Source: Octopus vulgaris
Lineage: Eukaryota
Assembly (NCBI GenBank): GCA_951406725.2
Contig: OX597827.1
Span: forward strand, 19,964,001 to 20,028,000
Direction of reading: 5' to 3'
DNA length: 64,000 nt
Both the position numbers and the translations under genes were made by a program. Shown here one piece after another: positions 12,016-25,424 of this stretch (positions within the stretch are counted from its first letter, which is position 1; every line of letters starts with the position of its first letter). The notes beneath the pieces were generated by a model. The model had not been told where the DNA came from. It searched no databases and saw only the letters and a program-made list of their open reading frames with translations.

Positions 12016-12399
12016 ATACACACACACACGCATATATATACACACATACATACATACACACACACATATATATATGTTCATATGTCTGTATACATATATA
12101 TGTATATGGTGTTTATGTGCGTATGTGTGTGTAGTCAATGCATATAAACGAATAAAAACGGACAACATGAGTAAGTGCACAAGAATTGTATTCGCTTAAC
12201 GCTCGGTGAAAGGAGAGAGTTTAACGTTTCGAGCGTGGCTCTTCGTCGGAAAGGAGAAAGGGAAAAGGCCACTCAGAAGGAAAAGAAATCGATAACGGCA
12301 CGTGTGAAGTTATAGATACTTGTATATATACACATGTATATTCATAAATATATGGGCTAAGCAAAATCTAAAGGAAAAAATATATTTATTCTACCGTGT

Positions 12400-12847
12400 G
12401 ACTGTTTTAACCATATGTGCACGACATAGTGATCTCATATCAAAATAAACAGTACATGATCTTTTGGGTTGGGCCCAGTTAAAAGTTTATTCGGGCTGAG
12501 TAGCCTATTCTGCTCAAAAGATCCCTAAATAAGGGTTGTTTAAGGATGATGGACAAAACACCCATGTTTCCAGGGGCGAATTATTCAAACCCCAAAGAAT
12601 TCCTTTCAATACATGGCTATGATGCTCCTCAATTATATCTGCTCGTGATCAGAGATGCACATATCGTCAGCCACCAAGAGGCATGCTCAACTAGTTATGG
12701 TCAAACAACTGACAATCAACTCTGTGGTATTGAGCAGAATATTTGCTGTGGCCCAACTTTTATACCAAGACAAAATAATGCACATGATAACACTTCTAAT
12801 CAGTTCTGATCAAGTCATGAGAGCCACTGCCCAGTACTGCATCAGGG

Positions 12848-12850
<3 letters not shown>
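12400..12850 (+). mobile_element. Unclassified repeat, same family as 11017-11560
   Basis: Shared ggctatgatgctcc...ggtcaaacaactgacaa...gcatcagggcatt; followed by (TAT)n. Confidence 0.75.
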
Positions 12851-12904
<54 letters not shown>

Positions 12905-12914
12905 TATCATTATT

Positions 12915-13265
12915 GCCCTTTGCACAACTTCTAGCGCTGGAGATGTACTACGGTGCCGGTTGTTCACTACAAGTGAACTAAGGTAACACCCCTTGTTTTT
13001 CGAACTCTATCCGGAGTATTCGAGCGGTTCCGAGCAGTGCTGTTTTCTGCAAGTGCTCCACCTTTATTGCAGCCCCTATTTGTTCCATGTACTTCTCAAG
13101 ATTTTTACTCACTGTTCCCAGAACTCTGACAAATATTGGTACTATTACCACCTTTTTCATCAACCACAACTGCTTAACCTCCCAAGCTAACCTGTCATAT
13201 CTATCGATTTTTCTTTCTTCCTTATCGCATACCTTGTTGTCAGCTGGGCATGCTATATCCTGCTA
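12915..13265 (-). mobile_element. R4/Dong-like LINE 3' end (restriction-like endonuclease) in (TAA)n
   Basis: WLMKKVVIVPIFV.VLGTVSKNL...HLQKTALLGTARILR; flanked by TAA/TAT arrays. Confidence 0.85.
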
Positions 13266-13274
13266 GGCATTATG

Positions 13275-13340
<66 letters not shown>

Positions 13341-14009
13341 TTTTAATCATTCTCATGGGCCTTTTTATTTGGGTATTGTTTTTGTTTTTAAGCCTTACAT
13401 TTTGGTTATCTGTTTCCAGATCTGAATATCTTTGTCTTTTAACCATTTAATGTCATCTTTTGGAAGTGACTCGTCGTCCGGAAGTGGTTCTCAAATTGTC
13501 AACTCATAGAACGCACTAAAATATTAATGACGCCCCCCCCCCCACCCTTTTTTTCATTAAAACTCAAAACAGCTTCTATCCATTTTTTTTATTTATTCGC
13601 CATTTTGTGGACAAATTTAAAATCAGTTTTACTAAATATGATATTTTATCCAACCACTTCAATCATTGTGGACCCCAGTAGGCCTTAGCAAGCGCCCTTC
13701 TCCCTATGAGACACACGATGTGCTATGTCGATTATCATGCAAGTTTTTTTTTCTTTCTTGTTCACAACCACAATGTCAGGCCTGCGATGTCTGATCTGAC
13801 AGTCACACTAAATCATTTCATCTCACAGGAATTTGCATCCTTTATTTTCATCCTTCTGGGATTCGGTCATCCCATGCCTTTACTCGAATTGATTGCCACA
13901 AAGCTTACGATATGGTCCCACATTCGTGGATCTTCGAGGCCTTAGATTTGTTTGGAATTTCGATTGATGTAACGTGTTTTCTGAAGAGAAGTATGGTGGG
14001 GTTTTATTT

Positions 14010-14362
14010 CCCCTCACCTCACCTCCCTCCGACAAGTCATCCTAACGAGACGTCTGCGTTGGCTGGGTCATGCCCTCTGTCGTCAACCAGGAGAATTCAT
14101 CTACGAAGCAATTGCCCCAGCTCCCCTTCAGGGTTGGCGAAAGCGATGTGGTGGACAACGAAAAACCTGGCTGATGACAGTCAAAGCTGACCTGGAACCC
14201 AACCTAGCCCCCCCCCCCCCCATATCTATGGCGTTCGCCGCTGTAATAAGGAGTGGTTGGAGATCACGCGGTCGTTAGCTGGTCGGCGTTTGTGAGAGAT
14301 GCAGCATTGAGGATGAATGAAGCCAGCTCAACCCACCCCGGGTGAATGCTGTCAAGTCAAGT
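14010..14362 (+). mobile_element. RTE-type LINE 3' end inserted in R4/Dong remnants
   Basis: RRLRWLGHAL...GWRKRCGGQRKTW, tail gtcaagtcaagt. Confidence 0.75.
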
Positions 14363-15359
14363 ATGCTGGGATGGAAAACTGAGTTGACATCTTACGGACA
14401 AAGGTTGGATATGCAGAGCATCAGGTGAAGGATTTTCCAAAAAGCTTATATCCATAGCTTTTAGTTCTTTGTATGATCCCTCTGACCTTGGTGCTGTGGA
14501 AAATTAACCTGGGATATTAAAGGGAAAAACTCAAAGAATCCCCTACCTCTTCTTCGTGGATGATTTGAAGCTATAAGGATGAGGCACAAGTGAGCTCTTC
14601 GGTGAACACGGTCCACTGTTTTAGTGATTAAGTTTATGATTAATTAAGTACCAATTGATTAGTGGGGTCAATCCAATCGATCGGCGCCCTCCCCAAAAGT
14701 TTCGGATCTTGTGCCTAGACTAGAAAAGAATATTAAGTTTATGATTTTTGCTTTCACTTTTGGAGTTGTATTTACTTTAAATGGAAAAACTGTTTTCAAA
14801 TTTATGTCAAGTTCCATATATGGATCTGCATTTGATGAAACCAAATCTATCCTCAGAAATGGTGACATTACCGGAAATATTGAAAAATTGACATTTGAGT
14901 TTCAAAAATAACATTTGAAAAAAATCTTGACATGGTAGAATGAAATGGATTTTATTTTCGAAATCAGCCCAAAATTACTAAGAAAAATGTTTCCAACACC
15001 AGAAAACAAAGAACCACGTTCGCCAGTATAATTATTATTAATTATTATCATCGTAAGCATCATCGATCTCGTCGTCCTTCTTATTTTCTTCTTCCTTCTC
15101 CTCCCCTCTTCCAGTGATGAGAATTGCTACATTTATTTCTGTTCTTCAGATTGGCTCCAAGACTTCAAAACTTCTGTGAAGAATCCTTTCCAAATATATG
15201 CTCGTTGTCTTTATCTACAAAGGTCGATATCAATGGTTTGCTTTTTTTTTCTTTTTTTCGGAGACGTTTTCTGTTCACCTTGGCGTTGCTATGACGACCG
15301 ACCTCTCTGACAATCCATTCTCCTTTTTCTCTGCCATCTCCGAATACATTTCTGTCTCT

Positions 15360-15440
15360 CTTACCTTCACACTGCTATCACGTGATGTCCGAATATCTGC
15401 GCCTGCGCCTTATCAGTAGAGACTAAGCTCACCCAATCAT
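15360..15440 (-). promoter_or_regulatory. Promoter-like motif cluster with minus-strand splice donor
   Basis: CCAAT 15433-15437, NRF1-like TGCGCCTGCGC 15398-15408, palindromic E-box ATCACGTGAT 15377-15386, and AAG|GTAAG donor on the minus strand at 15365/15364. Confidence 0.4.
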
Positions 15441-16033
15441 AAACCTTTGCCACATACACACATACAATCCATTTACATGAATATACATCTAGTATAAGTA
15501 GATGTCTGTCCGTGTGTCTATCAACAATGGCTATTTGATTGCACTTTATTTATCAGTGAGCCAGAAAATATATGCACTGGACCGTTCGACCGTCAACTGA
15601 CTTATCATGATTCGAAATATTCATCTATTATATTTTTTTAATTTTTATTTCTTTACTCTTATAATTGTCATCGTTGCTGTTGTTGTTGTCATCGTTGATA
15701 TTGTCGTTATCGTTAAATTCATCGTTGTCATCGTTGCTACTCTCGTTGTTTCTTCTATCTTTACCAAAAACGAATCACAGTTGACGATTGCCTATAAAGC
15801 GAATAAAGAAAAAGATATATTAAAAAAAAGCAGACAAAAAAAAATAGAGTAAACTTTTTAAAATTTGCAATCAATAACATCTGACGTGTTTTAGGTAATG
15901 CGCAACTCGAGAACATTATCATGTTGTGTATTTCCGATAGGTGTCACTGTCACGTGTTCTCAAAACTGAGCTGTCATGGCGGATCACGGCTCACTTCGCC
16001 TCCAGAACATTCACGTATGAAAGAGTTGCATTA

Positions 16034-16089
<56 letters not shown>

Positions 16090-16254
16090 GTGTGTAAGGA
16101 AGTAGTTTGTCATTCAAGAACTTTAATATCTCGAATTGTGTGTGTGTGTGTACCTTTACAGAGATGTGAAAGAATGTGTCAAGGAAAAGAAAAATTACAG
16201 ATTTACATATTCAATCAGTCTACATAAAAGGCTGCGGTTTTTCTCTTTCTTTAT

Positions 16255-16260
16255 ATATAG

Positions 16261-16302
<42 letters not shown>

Positions 16303-16719
16303 ATATATATATATATGTGTATATATATATGTGTATATATGTGTATATATATGTGTATATATGTATATATGTGTGTATATATATATATATATGTGTGTGT
16401 ATATATGTATATATGTGTGTATATGTGTATATATGTGTGTATATATATGTGTATATATGTGTGTATATGTGTGTATATGTGTGTATATATGTGTATATAT
16501 GTGTGTATATATGTGTATATATGTGTATATATGTGTGTATGTGTGTATATATGTGTGTATATATGTGTATATATGTGTATATATGTGTGTATGTATATAT
16601 ATATGTATATATATATGTGTATATATATATGTATGTATATATGTATGTATATATGTATGTATGTATGTATGTATATATATATGTATATATGCATATATAT
16701 ATATATATGTATATGTATA

Positions 16720-16755
<36 letters not shown>
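16255..16755. repeat. Compound (TA/TG) microsatellite
   Basis: ~500 bp of tatatgtg-type units. Confidence 0.95.
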
Positions 16756-16756
<1 letters not shown>

Positions 16757-17876
16757 GTAACACACACACACATAAACCCGCACGCACGCACACACACGCA
16801 CAAACGCACACACACATACACAAAGGAATATGTTTTCAACACCATAATTATCTTCCAATGATCTTTGAAAATCGTTCAGATGTTTTAATTTATTTCACTG
16901 GACAATTCCGAAAAATAAAATGTATGAAAATGTAAAAGTTCAACCATGTTATGTTACAACAACAACAACAACAACAACGATTTCTGACAAGACGTCGCAT
17001 ATTAGCGAAAAGAAAAGTCTATTATGCCGACCTCAGTATGTGACTGGTACTTTATTTTATAGAGTGTTGAAGGATTAAAGTTGATCTGGATGGTATTTGA
17101 AAGGCGGAACGTGAAGAGCCCGAAAAATACCGCAACACATTTTGCCCGACGCTCCAACGATTCCCCAAGCTCTCCGACATGTCTAGATTGTTGTTGTTGT
17201 TGCTGCTGCTGCTGTTGTAATTGTTTTAATTATTCAATTGTTCTTAAAATTAACCCTTTTTATGTAATTAAGTATTGAAATGGAGTCTTTCATCCCCTTC
17301 CACTCGTTACATAGAAGTGACTTTCTCTTTGCACGTCTTTCCTAGATATGACCTGTTGCAATGGCAACCGCTTCGTTGATAAACGATCAGAGAATAACAT
17401 TTATTTCTTCTGCACCCGACTTCTCTCAACAATAGACAGAGATATGAATGTGTTTTATGTAACAATACACACACACATACACACACACACACACACGTGC
17501 GGAATCAGTATATATTGTACGGGATTATGGCGGATGTCCAAGACTGGTTCTCTTAATTCGCAAAGAACTGAAAGAGAAAAGCACTAATGACTTGAGAGAC
17601 GCAGAAACCAACGATTTAAGGGATCGGTAGTACTGTATCGATGACCTTTGGGTTGAGGTGATAATCGAACATAAAAAATAACAATGTTACGGCGGCACGA
17701 TGTCACCACTGTGCCGCCAGATGTCTAGAACCGGGAGGAAATCGGATAACTGGAACATATCTACTTTGGTTCATTTTCTTCAGGTGTCAACTGAGAATCA
17801 AACTGGATCATTAATACAATCACTCTGCACTCCACTTGTGTGGAAAGATCGATGGCTTTACACACACGCACATACA

Positions 17877-17919
<43 letters not shown>

Positions 17920-18219
17920 ACACACACACACACACATACGCATATACGCACGCGCGCGCCTGTCACCGCCCACTCCTACCTCTACGCACACACATTTCTT
18001 ATAATACCTGATCTCCCTGATCAATCTTTCCATCCCACCACCACCCCCACTCCCTCTCCATACATTCACCAGTCATATATCTGATCTCACCTATCGCATC
18101 GATCTCTTCTTACACACACGCACTCATTTCTTTCTATTTTTTCTCTCCCTTCTACATCTGAATTCAATACTATCTGCCTATTTATCTCTCTATCTTTCAA
18201 CACCCCCGCCCACGCCATG

Positions 18220-18282
<63 letters not shown>

Positions 18283-18585
18283 TGTCTCTCAAATTATATA
18301 AGTCTCTAATCTCTATCTTTCAATCTGTGAGTGTGTATGTGCTTTTATAACTATTTAAAATGACTGTGTACCTTTCCAGCTACCCTATCTCAGTAAATCC
18401 TATCTATCTATCGATCGCTCCATCAATTTAAATATCGGATCCTCTCTACCGACTTTCTAGTATTTCTTACTCTCGCTCTCCCGTCACTTTCTCTCTCTCA
18501 CTCTCCCTCTCTCTCTTTCACTCACTCTCTCTCTCTCTCTCGCTCTCTCTCTCTAACAATACCATTTTCGTTTTCTCTCCCTTTT

Positions 18586-18627
<42 letters not shown>

Positions 18628-18708
18628 TACATACTTGTGTACGTACAAGTAAATACATGTGTGTGTGTGTGTATTGTGATAGACAGACACAGGTATATAG
18701 ATACACAC

Positions 18709-18739
<31 letters not shown>

Positions 18740-19495
18740 TAGATACATACATACATACATACATATATACGTACGTATAGATATACTCACACACATATAT
18801 AAATACTCACATATAAAGAGGGATAAAGGATTGCTCAGCCTCTTTGGCGATCTGACTCCCATCCACTAAGCTGCCCTCAACATCAAATGTTGTGTGCGCG
18901 TGTGCGCATGGTGATGCTAGAGGAGGGAGAGGTGGTGAACCGGATGTGGAATCAATTATTTCTGTCATCGGAGACATGTTTGATGTCTAATTTTAGTTGG
19001 GAGACCGAAATTATCAATAAACTGGAATGGTGAGGAGGAAGAGGAGGAGGATGAGGAGGAAGAGGAGGAGGAGGGAAGACAGTAGCTTGGGCATGGGATG
19101 GCGGTGGTGGCGGTGGTGCGGTTGGGATTGTTAACTTTTGAAACTGGAAATGGAGAATTTAAAAACTCAAGTCACGTGGTTTCTCTTTTTTTCTCTCTGC
19201 CTCTCTTCTCTCTCTCACTCTCACTCATTCTCACACTCATCTTCCTTCGCTTGATTTTTCCACCATTTTCATTGGGGATTGAGAAGAGACGAATTCCTCT
19301 TGCCCCCCCCCACCCCGCCGCTTCCTCCCCTTCTCCCTCTCTCATTCTTTCTTTCTCTCTTTCTTTCACATTTTCTCCTTTATTTTTATTTTTCCTCTCC
19401 TCTTTCTCTGCCAACTTTCAACCTTTTTTATCACTAAACATCTCTCTCTCTCCCTTTCTCTCTCTCTAACATACACACACTCTTTCTCTCTCTCA

Positions 19496-19534
<39 letters not shown>

Positions 19535-20618
19535 ACACACACACTTTCTCTCTCAACCTTGCTTGTTCTGTCTCGGAAACTACAAAAGAGACAGAGTCAG
19601 CAAATATGGAGTGTTCAAAGAGCAAACGATCGAACCGGAAGTAGAAAAGCTCAATACAATATATCGATAATGCTGATAATGATGATGTTGGGAGGGGGGA
19701 GGGAGGAGGGTAATAGTGACGGGGATTGCGTTATGGTTAACAATTACGAAGGACGTGCATGTGATGATGATGATTATGGTGATGATGAGGAGGAGAAGGA
19801 GGAGGAGGCAGGTCTGATGCCAAAAATAACAGCAGAAAAGTAGTGGGGGTGGAGGGAGTGTGATGGTGGTGGTGGTGGTGGTGGCGTATAGTGAAGAACG
19901 TTATATGGAGAAAGAGACGCTAATTTATTTCGTTAATTTAAGAAATCGGTTATGTGAGGAGTACTTGTAAACTCTTAAGCCATAAGTACTAAACCAACAT
20001 AAATGGCGTCCTTTCTTCTTCGTCAACGACCAACCTAAACATCTGTTTAACAAAGTTATCACCCTTCAATTAACAAGTGGAGTATTTCACTCCGTATGTC
20101 CCCATATACAAGTTTGCGAGATTAAATTTGTCGGTTCTTCTAACAGCTGAGTTTTGTCTCCAAGCATCCACTCTTTACAGACTCTGTGTGTTAAAAACAC
20201 AAGCTTCGAATGACATCAGGACAATCCTCTGATTTGTACACTGGAGCAGAAATTCAGTACAAACTGATCGGGGACATCAGTTCTTAAGGAGATGAAATTA
20301 AACCGAAACTCCGGTGTCTGATGGTCCTTACGTCGTTCGGGAATTGTGTTTTCAACACACAAAGTCCTTGACATCATCTACGTTTGTACATTCCTGTACA
20401 CACTGTAAATGATAGATCGTTATATATATATACAAAAATTCTAAAATTATGAGCAAAATTTTCTGAACCCTAATTATAATTAGGGTTCAGAAAAATTATA
20501 ATTATGCTCATAATTATAGAATTTTTGTATAAGTTTACCGATAATGGTTCTTTTAACATAGATAACTACTTGGTAAAATTATTAATTATTGATTGATTAA
20601 TTAATTTTACCCTTTATT

Positions 20619-20652
<34 letters not shown>

Positions 20653-20923
20653 GCTGATATTTGTTTTGTTGGTCAACCATGTATGCACACCTGTAAGACA
20701 CCGATGGATAGTTTCATGTATAGAGAGTCGCATATACACACCTATTAAAACATAGCCGTGTGTATAGACAGTCCTGTATACACACCTATAAAATACAACT
20801 GTTGTATATTGACGAGAGTTTTCTTTTTAAGCTGATGTGATTTGAGGAAGATCCGTTCAAACACCTGCTTTCTATAGCAACAACGGCCCCTTTTTTTACT
20901 GGTGGTGGCGGCGGCGGCGTTAC

Positions 20924-20954
<31 letters not shown>

Positions 20955-21419
20955 GGTCGTTGTTCTCGCTATTACCGTTCTTGGTGCTATTGTTACTGGT
21001 CTTTTTGTATTGGTGGCGTTGTTGTTCTTGCTGCTGTTGTTGTTGTTAATATTTATTTTTAACATTCATGCTGTTTGTTTGTTTGTTTTTTGTTGTTGTT
21101 TTTCCTTTTGTTTTTTTTTGTTTTTTTTTGCCGTTGCTGCTGTTGATGGTGAACGAACTATTTTCTCCGGCAATTTCAAAATATGTATTAGATAAAAATA
21201 CCAGAACTCTTTACTGCAAGCTGAATTAAACGCGTGTATGTATGTATGTGTGTATGTGCATACACACACGTGTGCAAGTGTGTGTGTGTGTGTGTGTAAC
21301 AATACTATTTACTCAAAATAGGTTTATTAACCTCAATATTCTTATGTATGCGTTTTACTTGAGTGATTATATGCATTCGATAAGCATTGACAATACATAC
21401 ACACACGCACACACACATA

Positions 21420-22082
21420 TATAGATATATATATATATGCATATATGTATATATATGTATGATATATATATATATATATGTATGCATATATATATATATG
21501 TATGCATATATATATATGTATGCATATATATATATATGTATGCATATATATATATGTATGCATATATATATATATATGCATATATATATATGTATCATAT
21601 ATATATATATGTATGCATATATATATATGTATGCATATATATATATATGTATGCATATATATATATGTATGCATATATATATATATGTATGCATATATAT
21701 ATATATGTATGCATATATATATATGTATGCATATATATATATATGTATGCATATATATATATATGTATGCATATATATATATGTATGCATATATATATAT
21801 GTATGCATATATATATATGTATGCATATATATATATGTATGCATATATATATGTATGCATATATATATATATGTATGCATATATATATATGTATGCATAT
21901 ATATATATGTATGCATATATATATATGTATGCATATATATATATATGTATGCATATATATATATATGTATGCATATATATATATATATGTATACTATATA
22001 TATATATATGTATGCATATATATGTATACATATATATATATATATGTATGCATATATATGTATACATATATATATATATGTA

Positions 22083-22120
<38 letters not shown>
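21420..22120. repeat. Minisatellite (ATATATATATGTATGC)n with variable TA length
   Basis: Repeating gtatgc spacer between TA runs. Confidence 0.95.
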
Positions 22121-22122
<2 letters not shown>

Positions 22123-22455
22123 CTACGCATTTACATACATAATCTGAGCAATATACGTCATTCAGTACACTACCCTCTAAATTAATTATCCAATTAAATG
22201 CTATTAGTCTCATTGAGTTATTTCCCTTTAGCTCTTTTGAAGCTTAAATTTTGTGAATTATTCTTAGCCCAAAATGTTCTGTATGTAAAAACCGAAGAAA
22301 TAATCGGCAAGTGTCTGTGCGGCGCTGATGAGGTTAAAGACACCTAAACGCATATGGCCATGGTTGTATGCGCGTTTTTAATAATTAGCACACTCACCTT
22401 TTCCTGTACATGTGAATTAACTGAAGAAAGGGAGATTAAAAAGGGGAAAACGGAA

Positions 22456-23330
22456 TTAAGAGGAGGTGAAAGAATGAAAGGAAAAACGTTCATTCATTCC
22501 TGTCAAGATCATAATGCCAAGATGAAATCTGAGACGTTGCTCTTTTCGTTTCTTAAAGAAGTGGGGTTCGTGGTACAGGGCTGATAAAATCTGCAATGGA
22601 ATGATTCGCAGTGTTGAAGCAGGTTGGCCTGACATACGTAGCATTATGCTTCTGATGTAAAGAGCACCGCAGAATCTGCATATGATGCAATATATGAGAT
22701 TCGCCGAAGTGCAACAGAAGTGTTGTGTTGTGTGATATTGCTTCTTGGGCCCCGTGATGGTGGTAATATTGTTGATGTAAGGGCATGTGTTACATCGTCG
22801 GCGAAAACATTTAAAGGTTTCTGGTTGTGCGGAGCTGGGAAGCTTCTGACAAGGAGATTTCTAAAACACCTATCTTTTTTAAAAGACTGAGAAGGCGGTT
22901 TAGAAAAAAATAGGGGTGGTTGTTGGGTCAGAAAGGAAAATGCGTAAGTTGTGGGTGAGTTTGTATTTTAGAGGGAGGATGGACGGGTGGAAGGTGAGAG
23001 AGAGTGGAATACGGTCGGTGGAAGTGCATGAAGATGGTAGGAGAGCTGTGGTGTGATTGATGGCTTGGGCTCGGTGGAGTGCTGGGTCGACAACTGGTGG
23101 AGGATAGCCTCGATTCCGATAAAAAAACTGTCGCATCGTTTTGCAATGGGATTCGAAATCCGAATCGATGCTGCAAAGTCGTCGAAGGCAAAGAAATTGA
23201 GAGAACGGTATGGCAGATTTGATGTGTTTGGGGTGAGAGGAAGAGTAGTGGAGGTAGCAGTGGGAGTCAGCAGGTTTATGGTAGACAGGTGGAGGGTGGG
23301 TATTGTGTCTTTTGACGGAGATGTCCAGAA
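22456..23330 (-). mobile_element. Penelope-like element fragment (RT C-terminus plus GIY-YIG endonuclease)
   Basis: Frameshifted YHKPADSHCYLHYSSSHPKHIKSAIPFSQFLCLRRLCS, F..RGYP, HFCCTSANLIYCIICRFCGALYI and EQRLRFHLG...GMNERFSF. Confidence 0.88.
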
Positions 23331-23487
23331 AGCAAACAGAAGAAGTATGATAATTATTCCAATTCTCACGACAAATTCACGGCACCCCTTGCACTTTAGG
23401 GTAGCTGAAGAGGCACACAGACACTTTTCCTACATTTTTTTTCAAGGCTTGCCGACCGCAGAGCTATACAAGATCCCCCGTTGTTTG

Positions 23488-23553
<66 letters not shown>

Positions 23554-23753
23554 GAACGCCATGATGGACCGTTAGCTCCTACACGCATTTTTTTTCTCTC
23601 CTTGTTTCTTTTCTGTGTATCTTTCTGTCGAAGAGCGTAGGCTCGAAACGTAAAAGACTTGTTCTATTTCTATTCCTGAGCGCTATACTAATACATTTGC
23701 TTGTTTGTACTCCACCTGCCTTCGTCTTTTGTTTATTTTCGCAAACCTTCCCG

Positions 23754-23812
<59 letters not shown>

Positions 23813-23905
23813 CACACACACACACACACATATATATATATGCATGCACACACACACTCACGCACACACATAAATATATGAGCATGTGCATGTATAAACA
23901 GCGTG

Positions 23906-23984
<79 letters not shown>

Positions 23985-24731
23985 CAGAAAGACAGTGAGA
24001 GAATGAGAAAGAGAGAGAGAGGAATTATTGGTTTCGCTAATAAAAACTTGACTGGTTAATCATCAAGCTTGGAATATACATTACATACCATCCATTCCGA
24101 TCATCCTCATCTTCACCACTGCTACCATCATGATGATGATGATCATCATCATCCTCATCTTCATCAATACACTGTCACAACGCCCGCAAGCTACACAAGT
24201 GCTGCCACTCCAGTTGTCTTCCCCTGTCAACTTGTCTGAAATGAAAACGAAGACGCATTTCTTTTCATTCGTCTCACGTATCGGGAATCTTTGCTCGAGG
24301 TCCTCTTAGTTTTAAATACCGGACGTTCCCACTGTGACCACCCTATCTTGTACTATATTTATGTGTCCTTCCATTTTTAAGTTCGTAGGGAGGCCTGGTC
24401 GATATTTCTAGCTCATCCAGCAACCATATAGAGGTTCTTTCGTGCCTCTTGTTGTTGTTGCTGCTGTTGTTGTTATTGTTGTTGTTAATCCAAGATAGCT
24501 TTTACTTGAACTGATCAAAGGCATTCCAATTGTGATCATCCTGTTGATGATGATGATCACACTGTATCGATTACTGTATTAACAAATGTTTTTGTTTTTA
24601 ATTTTATTTTAGACGTTAGGATCAGATCTGAGTGGGATTTGGCTGCTGTTTCTTACTCGATAAATGCTGCCATTGTCATTTAACCCCAGGTTGCCCCTAA
24701 TTGAACCGACTAATCATACAATCTATAACAG

Positions 24732-25131
24732 GGATCTTTTCGGTTTGAGCGGCAGTTTTTTCTAGCGGTGTCATATGAAATTGTCACCCATAATTATGAC
24801 CCTAGAATCGATCTATTGCATTTCAATCTCTTTTAGGGTTAGGGTATATTTTTTTCTTCACAAATGTAAATAAACTCAATCTGTTTCTTAAACGAGGGAA
24901 ATATTCATACGGAACAGAATGCTTTTTAACTCAATAGACGTCAGTGATTGGTTGAAATTGCAGAAATTGAAGAAAAAAAAACAACAAATATCTTCCAAAC
25001 TATAGAATTTTCTCAATAAAGCCAAGAGGGAAAAAATGCTTTATAAACACATTCTACCAGTATATGAAGTTTAAAATTTTTTAGTTACCTAGAAATTATA
25101 TTAAAAACTGCTGTTCAAACCGAAAAGATCC
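24732..25131. mobile_element. GGATC-TIR MITE, 8-bp TSD TATAACAG
   Basis: TIRs plus exact TSD at 24724-24731 and 25132-25139. Confidence 0.93.
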
Positions 25132-25189
25132 TATAACAGTTCTAATACATCGTTCTTATTCTAGCGTTGAGTGTGGCACGAGTGACTCC

Positions 25190-25225
<36 letters not shown>

Positions 25226-25424
25226 TGTTGTTTTGTCTTCTTTGCTCTATTTTCGTCATAAAACCCTTGTACTCCGCATAACTCTAGTATTTTTCGTCTT
25301 CTTTCGGGTGTCTTTCGTGCTTCGGTGTGTAAATGGCTTTGTTTACATTTGAAGACTTCTTGTTGCTGTTAGTTTTGGCACAGGATTACATCGTATGCTT
25401 TCTCTCCCTTGGTTATTTTTTTTT

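Noticed and set aside
17691-17718. GGCGGCAC/GTGCCGCC hairpin as terminator or miRNA
   Set aside because: Only an 8-9 bp stem, too short for a pre-miRNA; intrinsic terminators are irrelevant in this eukaryotic context
21437-22085. CRISPR-like repeat-spacer pattern
   Set aside because: Spacers are just variable TA runs; eukaryotic minisatellite
16136-22213. Long ORFs rich in Y/I/C/V/H/T (also 34900-35400 and 61457-62001)
   Set aside because: Translations of TA/TG/CA microsatellites that lack stop codons
22354-22584. Plus-strand ORF with signal-peptide-like start MAMVVCAFLIIST
   Set aside because: Antisense to the Penelope 3' end; no other support
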